Of a DNA stretch of 64,000 nucleotides, positions 7,779 to 18,800 are shown one piece after another; position 1 is the first letter of the stretch, and each line of letters begins with the position of its first letter. The stretch is from Thermoplasmata archaeon (GTDB taxonomy: Archaea; Thermoplasmatota; Thermoplasmata; RBG-16-68-12; JAFNFQ01). A program made the translations under genes and the position numbers. The notes under the pieces were generated by a model, which did no database searches, was not told the origin of the DNA, and saw only the letters and a program-made list of their open reading frames with translations. Location: positions 64,001 through 128,000 of the forward strand of contig JBGPQV010000003.1 of the NCBI GenBank assembly GCA_041489255.1, written 5' to 3'.

Positions 7779-10523
7779 TCATTGCGGTCCGGTTGGCGGC
7801 GGGCGGGGAGGCTGTGTCTTGGATTGTCCCTGATTCGCGTTTTCTTTTCGGCGACGTTTCATTGTGACGAGGGCCAGAATGACGATAATGACGGCGACAA
7901 TGGTGGTGGCGAGGAGCCACCAATACTGAATGATGATTTCGAAGAGTGATGCACTGATCGTGAAGGGGTTGCTTTGCGCCCAACCCTTCATCCCTCCCGT
8001 ATCTATCACAGTGATGTTCATGACTACATCGTCCGCCTCGATATCCGGGAGAGTCCATTGGTAATTCTCCTGTCCTTTGAGGGCTTGCGCAACAGAATAT
8101 GTGATTCCTCCCGTCGAGTAGTTCAGATACACGATGAGGTTTGCATCTGCATCTTCGTTGTCCTGCATGGACCATGAGATAGTGTGGTCGGAGCCTTTCT
8201 CCCAATGCTCGCCACCGGTCGGCGAGGTCATAGTGACAGACGGGGAAGCGTTCGGCGTGAAGTTCAGCTTGACGACAAACACATCATACGCCGCGTCCAG
8301 TGTATCCTTGAAAGCGTGCGGTGTAACAGGGAAGTCCGCCGATCCTGTGCAACCCGCCACATAGGCGTTGCCCTCAAGGTCCAGGGCGATTGATTCGGGG
8401 CGATCGTAGTCGTTGCCGCCCAGATATGTTCCGTAGATGAGAGCGTCCCCACTTGTGTTGAGTTTCGCGACGAATCCATCCTCGGATGTGTGGGGATTTG
8501 TGTCCAATGCACCTGGGGTGACGGGGAAGTCCGGCGAGTTGGTGTAGCCTGCCACATAGGCATTTCCCGCTGAATCCAGAGCTATCGAAAACCCATATTC
8601 GTCTTGTTCGCCGCCAAGAAGAGTCGAGTAGACCAGCGAACTGCCCGTCTCTTCAAGCTTTAGGACGAACGCATTTGCGCGTGAATTGTGAACTGACTCC
8701 TGGAAAGCGCCCGCGGTGACGGGGAAATCATACGAACCCGAGTGGCCTGTTATATAGACACTCCCGAAGGGGTCCACGGCGATGGATCTGCCTTCATCCC
8801 AATCATCGCCGCCGATGTAGGTTCCGAAAACCAAAGGACCTCCTATTGTGTCGAGCTTCACGACGAACGCGTCCTGCTCGCCACCCCAGGTTTCGTCGAA
8901 AGATCCTGATGTAACGGGGAAGTCGGGCGAATTCGCTGCACCGGTCACAAAGGCATTTCCGGCAGAGTCGACTGCAATCGAATGAGCCCATTCGAATTCG
9001 CCACTGCCGCCGAAATAGGTTGCATAGAGCAGAGAGTCGCACGTCGGGTCCAGTTTCGCGACAAAGAGGTCATCCGCCCCATTCATGGCGATGTCGTATG
9101 CATTTGATGTGACGGGGAAGTCGCTAGAATTCGTCCATCCGGCTACATAGGCATTTCCAGAGGAGTCAACTGCAACAGAGACGCCGTATTCAGCACCGCC
9201 ACCGCCAAGAAAAGTCGAATAGAAAAGTGTATCTCCTGTCGGACCGAGCTTGGCTAGGAATGCGTCAGACGTTCCATTTAGAGTCGTGTCGAAAATGCCC
9301 GAGGTCACTGGGAAATCCGAGGATTCTGTCCGGCCGGTCAGGTAGGCATATCCAGCGGAGTCCAAGGTTATAGAGCCGCTTGACTCTCCAGAGCTGCCCC
9401 CCAGATAAGTTCCATAGACGAGGGAGCCCCCGTCTGAGCTTAGCTTCACCACGAGTATATCCCTAGAACCGTCGAACGTAGTGTCGAATGCGCCGGGGGT
9501 AACAGGGAAGTCCGGAAAAGTAGTTTCAAGCGCTACGTACGCGTGTCCGGTCGAGTCCACGGCAATGGCATCACGGATGGTCAGCATAGGAGTGCCACCG
9601 AGAAACGTCGCGTACACCAAAGGATCTATTATCAGAGGGGCGAAATCATCGATGCCAGCACAGCCCAAGCCATAAGATTCACCCGTATGGAGTGTAAAAA
9701 AGCAGTCCACTGGTCTACCCTGTTGATATGCGATGGGGGCCGTGTCTCTGATGTCCCCTACGGCGGTGTGGATTAGGATATCACCCTTCGAATCTGACGA
9801 AAGGCCGAGTATTCCCTCATAGGACATGACGATGGTCCCCGGGTTTTTTCCGGGATCGAGTGCAAGATCGTATTTCACGCCATTTTCTGTCATGCGATAG
9901 ATCAGATCAATGCCGTCGTACAGATCATCGTAGGCTATCTCTCGGAAACTCTTCACGTTTTGTCGCCACTTGGCCGGATCGCTTCCGATGAAGAAGTTGC
10001 TCATGAAAGACAATGGTTCGCGGCCTTTCGGCACGACCGTGTTCGCGCCCCCGAAGCTCAGGCGGACAAGTGCACCCTGAGGGGCGGCTTCTTGAGAAGA
10101 AGAGCGCAAGGAGAATTCCTCTATAGAAGGCTCAATGGCGGGCGTAGGCTCCCTCTCGACCATCTTGATCAGGACTGAACTCTCCCCGAAGCCCATCTGG
10201 ACGTCACCAAGGTCCGTGTAAAAGAGTACGTCCCGATTGTCGAGCTGCCCTGCATTCTCCACAAAATAACCGGCGGGCAATGATGTCATCGTCCCCTTTA
10301 GCCCTGCCTGGATTTGAGCACCTGAATTGTTCATTCCTCCAGTGTCTCGCGACGTTGCAGGCAACAGGCTGGCAAGCAACATCGCGCAGCAGAAGACTAC
10401 GCCAAATCGCAAGCATTCCCGACTTGGTCTCTCCGTGGAACCACCAGACGGTCGATGTAGCAGGCGACTGATAAACATTCGGGACGGAACGATGCGCCTG
10501 ATTGCCCGGTCCAGAAGATTCAC
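7779..10523 (-). CDS. SBBP (beta-propeller) repeat surface protein with C-terminal membrane anchor
   Basis: FVENAGQ...IIDPLVYATFLGG N-terminal region, many SIAVDSxGNAYVxGxTxSxDFPVT / DAFVxKL / YxTYLGG repeats, an Ig-like domain, a C-terminal TM helix plus KRRRK. Start uncertain. Confidence 0.9.
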   Translation of the reverse strand: MNLLDRAIRRIVPSRMFISRLLHRPSGGSTERPSRECLRFGVVFCCAMLLASLLPATSRDTGGMNNSGAQIQAGLKGTMTSLPAGYFVENAGQLDNRDVLFYTDLGDVQMGFGESSVLIKMVEREPTPAIEPSIEEFSLRSSSQEAAPQGALVRLSFGGANTVVPKGREPLSFMSNFFIGSDPAKWRQNVKSFREIAYDDLYDGIDLIYRMTENGVKYDLALDPGKNPGTIVMSYEGILGLSSDSKGDILIHTAVGDIRDTAPIAYQQGRPVDCFFTLHTGESYGLGCAGIDDFAPLIIDPLVYATFLGGTPMLTIRDAIAVDSTGHAYVALETTFPDFPVTPGAFDTTFDGSRDILVVKLSSDGGSLVYGTYLGGSSGESSGSITLDSAGYAYLTGRTESSDFPVTSGIFDTTLNGTSDAFLAKLGPTGDTLFYSTFLGGGGAEYGVSVAVDSSGNAYVAGWTNSSDFPVTSNAYDIAMNGADDLFVAKLDPTCDSLLYATYFGGSGEFEWAHSIAVDSAGNAFVTGAANSPDFPVTSGSFDETWGGEQDAFVVKLDTIGGPLVFGTYIGGDDWDEGRSIAVDPFGSVYITGHSGSYDFPVTAGAFQESVHNSRANAFVLKLEETGSSLVYSTLLGGEQDEYGFSIALDSAGNAYVAGYTNSPDFPVTPGALDTNPHTSEDGFVAKLNTSGDALIYGTYLGGNDYDRPESIALDLEGNAYVAGCTGSADFPVTPHAFKDTLDAAYDVFVVKLNFTPNASPSVTMTSPTGGEHWEKGSDHTISWSMQDNEDADANLIVYLNYSTGGITYSVAQALKGQENYQWTLPDIEADDVVMNITVIDTGGMKGWAQSNPFTISASLFEIIIQYWWLLATTIVAVIIVILALVTMKRRRKENANQGQSKTQPPRPPPTGPQ

Positions 10524-10617
10524 TCGGGTTATTGTTGATGGCGACGTTCATCTGGGAATGCGAAGGCATATGTCCGACTATCGACATTCGAATTCAATCA
10601 TTTGGAGGCAGTCGAAC

Positions 10618-12537
10618 ATGGCATTAACCAATTCGCCGCGAATCGAGTCGCTGTTATCCGCCCGCTTGTTCATGGACCCCCAGGTCGTCGGGAACCGCAT
10701 CTTCTTCATCAGCAATATGAGCGGCCAGATGAGCCTCTACGCGATGGACCGTGGCGGGAGCGTCCCCGAGCCGCTCATCCCGCCGGACATCGCCATGCAG
10801 AACCCGATGCTCATCGGCGGCTACTCCTATTGCGTGCTCCCCAAGCTCGGCAAGATAGTCCTCATGCTCGATCGGCATGGAGACGAGAACTACCAGCCAG
10901 TGGTCGTCCCCATCGATGGCGGCTATCCGGAACCGATCTTCAGCAATGAGCTTGCGGATAAGCGCGTTCACATGGACGCGCCGGACATGAAACGGAACAT
11001 CGTTTACTTCCCGACGGAGTCACGCAAGGAGCAGATGATCTACACCTACCAGGCAGACCTCAGGAGGATGAAGTTGCGGCTCATGGGGAAGGGCACTTGG
11101 GGGCCATGGCTTGACACCGCAAACGAGACGCACGACAGAGCCGTCCTCATCGACGGGTACACGGCGGCGGATAACGTGCTCTACCTGTGGGAGAAGGGGG
11201 CGAAAGAGCGCAGGCTGCTGTACGGCAAGCCGATCGAGGAACGAAAGGAGGGTGAGATTGTCCCCTTGAACGGCATCAGCAATAGTCAGTTCATAGAGGA
11301 CGACCGAGGCCTCATCTTCATCACGTATCTGTTCGACGACGCTGGCGGGCTCGGGTACATCGACCTTGCGAAACCCGAGAAGATAACGCCCGTGGCGGTG
11401 AAAGGGACTGTCCACGAAGGGAGAGGAATGCTCGAGTCTCTGCATCATCTCGAAGAGGACCGGTATTCGCTGTGCTACAACATCGACGGGTGCTCATGGC
11501 TATATGAAGGGACGTACCACACCGCCGCCAAGGAGATGAGGATTGAAGCTACCGTGTGCGGCACCGTAGGACTATCCAGCGGGATGCTGCAGTCTCACCG
11601 TTATGATAAGGCAAGGAAGCGTTGGGCTCTCACATACTCTACCGCCACATCGCCGGCTCAGATCTACACGGTCGAGGGGAAGGAACGCAAGGTGACGAGG
11701 CAGACGAACGAGCGAGTCCTCGCAATCCCGCCGGAACTGCTCTCACCGGGCGAGGATGCGTCGTATGAGTCGTTCGACGGCACTCGCGTTTCTGCACGTC
11801 TCTACCATCCCCCCGCCTCGCTCGGTTTCGAGGGAATGCGGCCGCTCGTCTACTACGTACATGGAGGGCCGCAGAGCCAGGAGAGGCCTGACTTCGCTTG
11901 GTTCTCAATGCCCCTGATACAGTTCCTCGCAATGAACGGGTTCGCCATATTCGTGCCCAATGTCAGGGGGAGCTCGGGGTACGGGCTGAACTACATGAAG
12001 CAGGTGGACAAGGACTGGGGCGGGAAGGACAGGCTGGACCACGTGCACGCGATGACGAAGGTGCTGCCCAAGGACAGGAGGCTGGACGTGTCGAGGGCGG
12101 CGGTGGTCGGCCGCTCATATGGCGGCTACATGACGCTGACTTTGGCAGCGAGGCACCCGGACCTCTGGGCAGCGGCCTGCGACATGTTCGGTCCGTACGA
12201 CCTGATCAAGTTCTACGACAGGATTCCGGAGACATGGAAACCCACTTTCGCTCTGACGATGGGGGATCCGGTGAAGGACCGCGATTTCTTCATCGAGCGG
12301 TCTCCGAAGACATACATCGAGAACGTCTCGTGCCCCCTTCTCGTCATCCAGGGCAAGAACGACCCCAGGGTCGTGGAGAAGGAATCGATGGATCTAGTTG
12401 AACAGCTGCGTTCGAAGGGGAAGGATGTGGAGTTCCTTGTGTTCGAGGATGAGGGGCATGACGTCATCAAGTTCCCCAACAAGGTCAGGTGCTACAACAC
12501 GATCAAGGAGTTCTTCACGAGTAGATTGAAGCCGTGA
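10618..12537 (+). CDS. S9 family (prolyl oligopeptidase/acylaminoacyl peptidase) serine peptidase
   Basis: HGGP, PNVRGSSGYG, catalytic GRSYGG, QGKNDPRV (Asp), DEGH (His). Start set at ATG 10618 after GGAGG. Confidence 0.93.
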   Translation: MALTNSPRIESLLSARLFMDPQVVGNRIFFISNMSGQMSLYAMDRGGSVPEPLIPPDIAMQNPMLIGGYSYCVLPKLGKIVLMLDRHGDENYQPVVVPIDGGYPEPIFSNELADKRVHMDAPDMKRNIVYFPTESRKEQMIYTYQADLRRMKLRLMGKGTWGPWLDTANETHDRAVLIDGYTAADNVLYLWEKGAKERRLLYGKPIEERKEGEIVPLNGISNSQFIEDDRGLIFITYLFDDAGGLGYIDLAKPEKITPVAVKGTVHEGRGMLESLHHLEEDRYSLCYNIDGCSWLYEGTYHTAAKEMRIEATVCGTVGLSSGMLQSHRYDKARKRWALTYSTATSPAQIYTVEGKERKVTRQTNERVLAIPPELLSPGEDASYESFDGTRVSARLYHPPASLGFEGMRPLVYYVHGGPQSQERPDFAWFSMPLIQFLAMNGFAIFVPNVRGSSGYGLNYMKQVDKDWGGKDRLDHVHAMTKVLPKDRRLDVSRAAVVGRSYGGYMTLTLAARHPDLWAAACDMFGPYDLIKFYDRIPETWKPTFALTMGDPVKDRDFFIERSPKTYIENVSCPLLVIQGKNDPRVVEKESMDLVEQLRSKGKDVEFLVFEDEGHDVIKFPNKVRCYNTIKEFFTSRLKP

Positions 12538-12732
12538 GTGATCGTGGCCTGATCGCTGGCCAGACAGACCCGCTCTGAACCCCGCTGTGAACCGCCATCC
12601 TGACAAGGTTCTCTCGGCAGCGGATCGTCCATTGAGCCTACAGTTGATCCGGCAAGAAGATACATCGGGTGGATGCCCATCTTCGAGGTTTATTGTCAGA
12701 CTCTCCGGGCAGACCGGCCCAGCACGAATATG

Positions 12733-12769
12733 AAAAAATAAGGCCGTCCGCAATTATGGAGGACGGCCT
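12733..12769 (-). terminator. Hairpin plus T-tract terminator for minus-strand genes
   Basis: Stem AGGCCGTCC/GGACGGCCT (12741-12769) followed on the minus strand by TATTTTTT. Confidence 0.6.
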
Positions 12770-12826
12770 CGTTGTGGAGGGATGCTTGTGCGATTATATC
12801 GCGAACCTGCTGAAGTAGATTGCGGT

Positions 12827-13045
12827 TCATTCTTGGGACTTCTCAACGTCAGTTTGACGTTTCCAGACTGACCTGATGACAGACACGAGGAGGCCCGCTG
12901 CAAGCATGGTGCAGTCCACGCCCGTGCCCCAACCGATCAGAGGCGGGATCCTGAGAGGCTCGAACGAGAGGGAGAGGATGCCCGTGGCGGCCTCTATAAG
13001 AACGAAGGGTAATGCCGTGAGAACGAAGGACTTCATCACCGCCAT
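12827..13045 (-). CDS. Small two-TM membrane protein, hypothetical
   Basis: 72 aa with two hydrophobic stretches and a basic tail; lies just upstream of the terminator. Confidence 0.5.
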   Translation of the reverse strand: MAVMKSFVLTALPFVLIEAATGILSLSFEPLRIPPLIGWGTGVDCTMLAAGLLVSVIRSVWKRQTDVEKSQE

Positions 13046-13161
13046 CTTGTCATTCCCGCCCGTTTGCGTGTTCTTTCACTGACATTCCTATGATGGTGCT
13101 TTCCTTGCTCGCACGGCCATCCAGCCTCCCGGTCTCCGGTGTGGCGGTTACTGAGGCATTT

Positions 13162-15744
13162 CTAGCAGCAAGGCACATGCCAGTCCTGGTCATCGGACAG
13201 CAGGACCCAGTACGCCGAGCCGGGGCACATGTTGGTCGTCGCCCACTCTGAAATCTCAATCCTCCTCAAGTTGTATGAGGTTGCGCCGCCGTCATAGACC
13301 TCGATCGCGCGCAAGCCGGAGACCTGCGCGGCGAAGTCCGCGAAAGTGTACGTCTCGTTGAAGGAGGGGAAGCCGATCAAGTTCCAGCCCGCCCTCAGCT
13401 CGACCACGATGCTCTCCGGGACCAGCCCGGCGATTGTCATCGTACCGGGCGACGTCACCTGGACCCAGTATCCTCCCTTGATGTCAAGAGCTGCGAGGTC
13501 GTTGTATGGCCGGCCCGGCACGTGGCTCTTCCACGGGTCCTGCGTGTCGCCGGCGAAGAACGTGCGGACTGAGGCGAAGCTGATGGTCCTGAGGACGAGA
13601 GACGGGTCATTGTTCGCCTGGTCAAGAGGGAAGGAGAGGAGCTGGTCGGCTGCTTCCACCGCCCTCTGGAATTTGCCCGCCATTCCTGACGGCGCGCTGT
13701 CGAAGTACGAGTCGTTCGCCGTGACGTAGTAGAAGAAGTCCTGAGCGTTCGAGTGACCTGAACCGACATCCGTCCAGGAGTATGCCAGGCTCCTCGTCGC
13801 CGTGATGTTCGCGACAACGGTGAATGGCCCGCGGACGCTGCTCGACCTCCACACCCGGTAGAGTACGACATCGTTGGCGCCCTTTCCTTCGTCCGCGGAT
13901 GATTGCCATTTGACTGTGACGTGCTCGTAAGAAGCGCCCGTGAGCTCTGCGCTCAGCATGACCGGGGGCGAGGGCGGGCCCTCGTTCGGCCATGTGGTGA
14001 ACTGAAGGACCTCTCCGAAAACGTCCAGTTCGGTTCCCGCCCCTGCCCTGAACTCGTAGGTCGTGATGAGCTTCAAGCCTGAGATCGTGGCTTCGAAGGT
14101 GTCCGGGGAGTAGAGCTCCCCCGCCACCACCCGGTTCCAGCTTGTCGCGCCTTTTTCCCTCCATTCGAAGAAGGCGTTCGCGGAGGTGTAGTTGCCGAGG
14201 GTCTCGAGCCTTGCCGTCAATACTGCTCGCGTGCCGGTTGTCTGCGTCAAGCCGAGCGTCTTCACGAGGGGTGGAGTCGCGTTGAAACCGGGGAATCTCA
14301 TGTAGGAGATGTTGATGACCCAGCTGCTCTCGGGTCCCTGCTGGGATTCCCAGGCCATGTGTATGACGCCGTCCGCATTGAAAACAGTGGGATGCCATGT
14401 AGGCTCCACGATGTCCGTTACCCTCGAGGGTGTGCCCCAAGTCCGTCCGCCGTCATCGCTTGTCATCGAGAATAGTTCTAGGGGAGGCGTGCTCAGCGAA
14501 CTATGATTATCCCTTTCAGCAGATGAATCCACCCATGTCAGAAACAGACGATGGCCCAATGATACAACGTTGGGACTCCACGCCATGGCTCCGCATTTAT
14601 CCATGTCCCAAGCACCAAGGAGGCACTCAGGCTGACTCGGGTCATCCTTGTGATCAACCACTACTGAAAATGGGCTCCATGTAGTACCGAGGTCAGCTGA
14701 GGTGAAAGACAGTATTTGGAACCAAATGACGCTGTACCAGAATTCGCCTACGGTGAATGCCGTGAGATTGTCTCCCCGAACCGAGACGGTGGGAGTGCCG
14801 TAGAAGTCGTAGTATGTATCCGCGAACAGGAATGCGCCTTGGTCCACATTTCCATGTCCGTCATCCCATGTTTGGCCATTGTCAAGGCTCCTTTTGAAGA
14901 AATGGAGCCTTGGATCTCCACACCCGTAGAATAGGAAAAGACGCTGACGGTCTTCCGCCACAGACTCGATTCCACAGCTAAATGGTTCTTCCGGCGTACG
15001 GGCAAGTTCCTTCTTCTGCGTCCAAGTGGATCCTCTGTCCTCACTCCTGGAATAATAGATGCGGGATGCAAAGTATGGAAAGGTGGTATTGGATTCGGTC
15101 CAGAACATGTGAAGGAAGTCTCCGTTGGCCAAGATGTGAGGAGTAAATGAATCGTTGCGCGTGCCGACTATAGTTTCGTTCAGCCATGTCGATCCAGAAT
15201 CGAGAGAGCGTCTGAAGTAGATTCGCGACATGTTCACGGCGCCGTATAGATTCTGCTTCCATGCCACAGATATGGAAGAGCCACTCACAGCGATCGTCGG
15301 ACTCATCGCGTATCCGAATTCCCGGTCGATCGCATGGGGATTGAGGCGGAGAAACCTTGTCTGATTGTTCGCACGCCAAGTTTTGCCTCCGTCCGTGCTT
15401 CTCGTGTAGTAAATGCCCCAGTCCCTATTCCCAGGCGGGAAGACACTGTCGTTCTCCCAGTCCGTGAAGACCATGTGGACGTTGGATCCCTCTGACGCAA
15501 TCGCGGGCATCGCCGAAGTATTCACATCGGGCACATTGCTAGTGATTCTGAGAACCTCAGACCAACCTTGGGCAGGGAGCCATGAGAAGTGGGAGGGAAG
15601 GACATCATTGTCAGGCAATCCTGCCTCGGCATTCAGGTGATGCAGATTCACTTGAGCCAGAAGTGTCGCTGCCACCGCCAGTCCGCATGCTAGTCTGAGA
15701 TACTTTCTGTCCCCCGACGGTAGTAGGCGTCTTCCCCGCGTCAC
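13162..15744 (-). CDS. Secreted BNR/Asp-box (sialidase-like beta-propeller) protein with FN3-like domains
   Basis: Signal peptide; Asp-box repeats STDGGKTW, SLDSGSTW, SEDRGSTW, SLDNGQTW, SADLGTTW, SDDGGRTW; FN3-like domains; C-terminal LRAGWNLIGFPS domain. Confidence 0.85.
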   Translation of the reverse strand: MTRGRRLLPSGDRKYLRLACGLAVAATLLAQVNLHHLNAEAGLPDNDVLPSHFSWLPAQGWSEVLRITSNVPDVNTSAMPAIASEGSNVHMVFTDWENDSVFPPGNRDWGIYYTRSTDGGKTWRANNQTRFLRLNPHAIDREFGYAMSPTIAVSGSSISVAWKQNLYGAVNMSRIYFRRSLDSGSTWLNETIVGTRNDSFTPHILANGDFLHMFWTESNTTFPYFASRIYYSRSEDRGSTWTQKKELARTPEEPFSCGIESVAEDRQRLFLFYGCGDPRLHFFKRSLDNGQTWDDGHGNVDQGAFLFADTYYDFYGTPTVSVRGDNLTAFTVGEFWYSVIWFQILSFTSADLGTTWSPFSVVVDHKDDPSQPECLLGAWDMDKCGAMAWSPNVVSLGHRLFLTWVDSSAERDNHSSLSTPPLELFSMTSDDGGRTWGTPSRVTDIVEPTWHPTVFNADGVIHMAWESQQGPESSWVINISYMRFPGFNATPPLVKTLGLTQTTGTRAVLTARLETLGNYTSANAFFEWREKGATSWNRVVAGELYSPDTFEATISGLKLITTYEFRAGAGTELDVFGEVLQFTTWPNEGPPSPPVMLSAELTGASYEHVTVKWQSSADEGKGANDVVLYRVWRSSSVRGPFTVVANITATRSLAYSWTDVGSGHSNAQDFFYYVTANDSYFDSAPSGMAGKFQRAVEAADQLLSFPLDQANNDPSLVLRTISFASVRTFFAGDTQDPWKSHVPGRPYNDLAALDIKGGYWVQVTSPGTMTIAGLVPESIVVELRAGWNLIGFPSFNETYTFADFAAQVSGLRAIEVYDGGATSYNLRRIEISEWATTNMCPGSAYWVLLSDDQDWHVPCC

Positions 15745-15811
15745 AAGGTTCCCTTACCTTGGTACATAAGTTCCAGACTACCTGTATTTTTCGGCTCTCC
15801 TTTATAAATCC

Positions 15812-18800
15812 CTATGGGAAATCATGGGGTATCCAGGTATTGCCTCCTATCTGGACTATCTCTTGCCAAGGATCGTGACCGGGTATGCTCGCGCCTATCG
15901 TTTGATGATAATACTCACGCACACTGTATCGTGTCTGATATTCTGTTACCCAACCGCTAATGTCGCCATTCGCGTTTGTTGAGCCTTGAATCTCGTAGAC
16001 ACCAAGTTCCACGCAATAACTGTACGCACTTGCGCCTTGATACGGTCTGCCTGCATGGGTGATATGAAGGGTGAGCCACCATTGTTGCCACACTTTTCTG
16101 GGTTCGTTCCCCGAGAGGTCGTTATCGTTTAACAAAGTTCCCGAGTTCGTTGCTTCATCTCCTCTCATGTGTATTGCCCAACCAGCATTTGCACTGAATG
16201 TGTTCGAGTCCAAGCCTGAACCGCCGATGATCGGCGTGGCGTAGTCAGATAGCAGGCCATCTCCGATGTTGTCCGTGATTGAATTACCCTCGATCGTAGG
16301 CGACCCGGTGTAGATGTAGATTCCAGCCTGAGCGTTGCCCTCGATGTGGTTTCCTTGAATCGTCGGTGAGCCGCTGTTGACATACACGCCAATGTTGTTC
16401 CCTGTCAGTTGAGTCCCGAAATGATTCGAGGGTCCTACGACAATCGATGTGCCTTCCAGGAATATCCCGTATTGGCTGCTTGAAACGATGGTATTTCCTT
16501 GGATCTGAGTATTCACTCCGGCCGATGGCGCAACATGTATGCCGACGCTGTTGCTGTGGATTTGGCTGTTATCAAGAATCGTGGGCCGCGCATCTCCCGA
16601 AATTTCTATGCCATAGGGACAATTCAAGATTTCATTCTCAGGACCCACTGTGGTTGAGGATGATTTGTCGATTCTGACGCCCGCACTGATTCCCCAGGCA
16701 ATCATCCATCCAGCGCTGATCTCGTTATTGCTGATAATGGAGGATGAATGATCATACTCCCATATGCCGAATCTGGCACCACCGAGATCATTTCCCATCC
16801 AAGTCTCGGCACCACCGATTGTCGGTGAGGAGAATATGGTCTGTATGTCGATGTAGTCCCAGTAACAATTATCTGATAGGTCGTTCGCCTGGATGACCGG
16901 GAAAGTCGGCAATGCTTGATTCACCGCAATGGAGGCATATCTAGCGCAGATTGTATTTCCAGCGTTCTGACTTCCGATGGTTGAGTGGTCATTTATCGCT
17001 GCGAATATGCCGTAGCTCGGGCCAATCCACCAATTATTGATCAATTGGTTCCTTACGATTGTCGCGGCAGGTCCTCCCGTGAGTGTGCCGTGGAGAAGTA
17101 TGTCAATCAAACGATGATGTCCCACATAATTATCCTCGATCAGGGGACTTGAGGCGCCATATGCGAAGATTCCATAATCTTGTCGTACCGACAACCGGTA
17201 AAGCCAACCTATCTGCTCCCATACGACCTTACCTTCTATCGTATTCAGGGCGATATGCGGCGATGCGTCTTGGAGATACACCCCGGCGCCTATCCAGAAA
17301 CCGTGCCCAAGGCCATTCCCTGTGATTAGCTGCGCGTCTACTTGAGTGCCCACAATCTCGGCTGAGCATTCCTTGACGTTGATGCCATAGCGCAAGTTGT
17401 CGGCTATCGTATTGTCCGTGATGATTGGGACACTACCGGGATATCCTGGCACCAGACCGTATAGGTACACACCAATGTCGTTCGAATCTATAATGTTCAA
17501 GAGAATCTCAGGCGCAGCGAAGCTGCTATGGATACCTGACTGCACATTGGAATGGATACCGTTGGATGATATCTCTGGAGTGGTAGGGGGCGAACCTCCT
17601 CCTTTCACGACAATCCCAAACTTGTTTTGTTCAACTGTGTTGCCATCAACAACCGCCGCCGAATTCGATATCTGGATCCCGTTCTCTTCATTGAGGCGGA
17701 CCAAGTTTCCGGCAATGCCAGCTTCGACCTTCGTCGTGCTCAGGCTACAGTGTGGCGGCCCATCTAGGTAGTATCCATTGACCATGATTCCCCAAGTATT
17801 CTCGTGGACATCATTGTTATTCGTCATTCGGGGACCGGAGTTCATGCTTCTGATGCCGAAGTCATTGTCGTGAATATCGTTCCCATCAATCAGCGGGGTG
17901 GCTCCAATCACGCAACCCTGACCTTGTTGTTCCCCCCGGTCGTCCCAATCGTCTACAACCTGAATCCCGATAGCGGTGCCAGCTAGATTGGTGTTGGCAT
18001 ACACCGGGTTGTTTCTAACAACGGGCTTGTCGATCGTAGTTCCGCTCCAAGAATATCTAGATCGAACCCTGATTCCCACCTCGGAATTCTGTCTGATGGT
18101 GTTTCCTTCAGCGGTGACTGACGGGGAGAACCTGATGTCTATGCCAATCGGATTTGAGTAGACATCATTGCCGGCGATGCTTGATGGCGCGGAATGCACT
18201 CCGAAAGCATAGATGCCAAAGACTAGCGAATCATGCACATCGTTTCCCTCAATGATGTAGTACTGACCATAGTCAAAACAGATGCCACACCAATAGCCAC
18301 TGACATCGTTGTCCTTGATTCGCGAAAATGGGAGTTCCGCGTACACGTAGATTCCATATGAATACGTCGCTGGCGATGACGGCGCGGTTATCGTGTTGAG
18401 AGCGACATAATAGCTAGGATCAGATGTGTATGAGAATATCGACGCAACCCCGCCAAATACATTGTTACGAATGCTATTCTGCTGGATGGCCGGGGAACTC
18501 TCGAACCCTGTGACTCCGAATTCCTGATTACCGCTGACACCTCCGGAAGCTCCAGTCCAGAGATTCTCTGTCACAGTCGGAGCGGACTGATATGCGTATA
18601 TCCCCGACTTCTGGTTCCCCTCAATCCAGGAACCTTTCACCAAAGGCCCGTTCGAAATGGTAAATGGATTCGCAGTTGGGTTTGCGCCAGACAGCCCGAA
18701 GAATATTTCATTCGTTGTGGCAGGCAGGGAATCTATTTTGAGTGTGTAGGTAGCCCAGAGACTCGAATCCTGATAATAAGTGGCCCCCGGTGATGTGGCG

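Noticed and set aside
10327-10617. Long N-terminal extension of the S9 peptidase overlapping the divergent SBBP gene
   Set aside because: A GGAGG RBS precedes ATG 10618; the extension is antisense to the SBBP 5' end.
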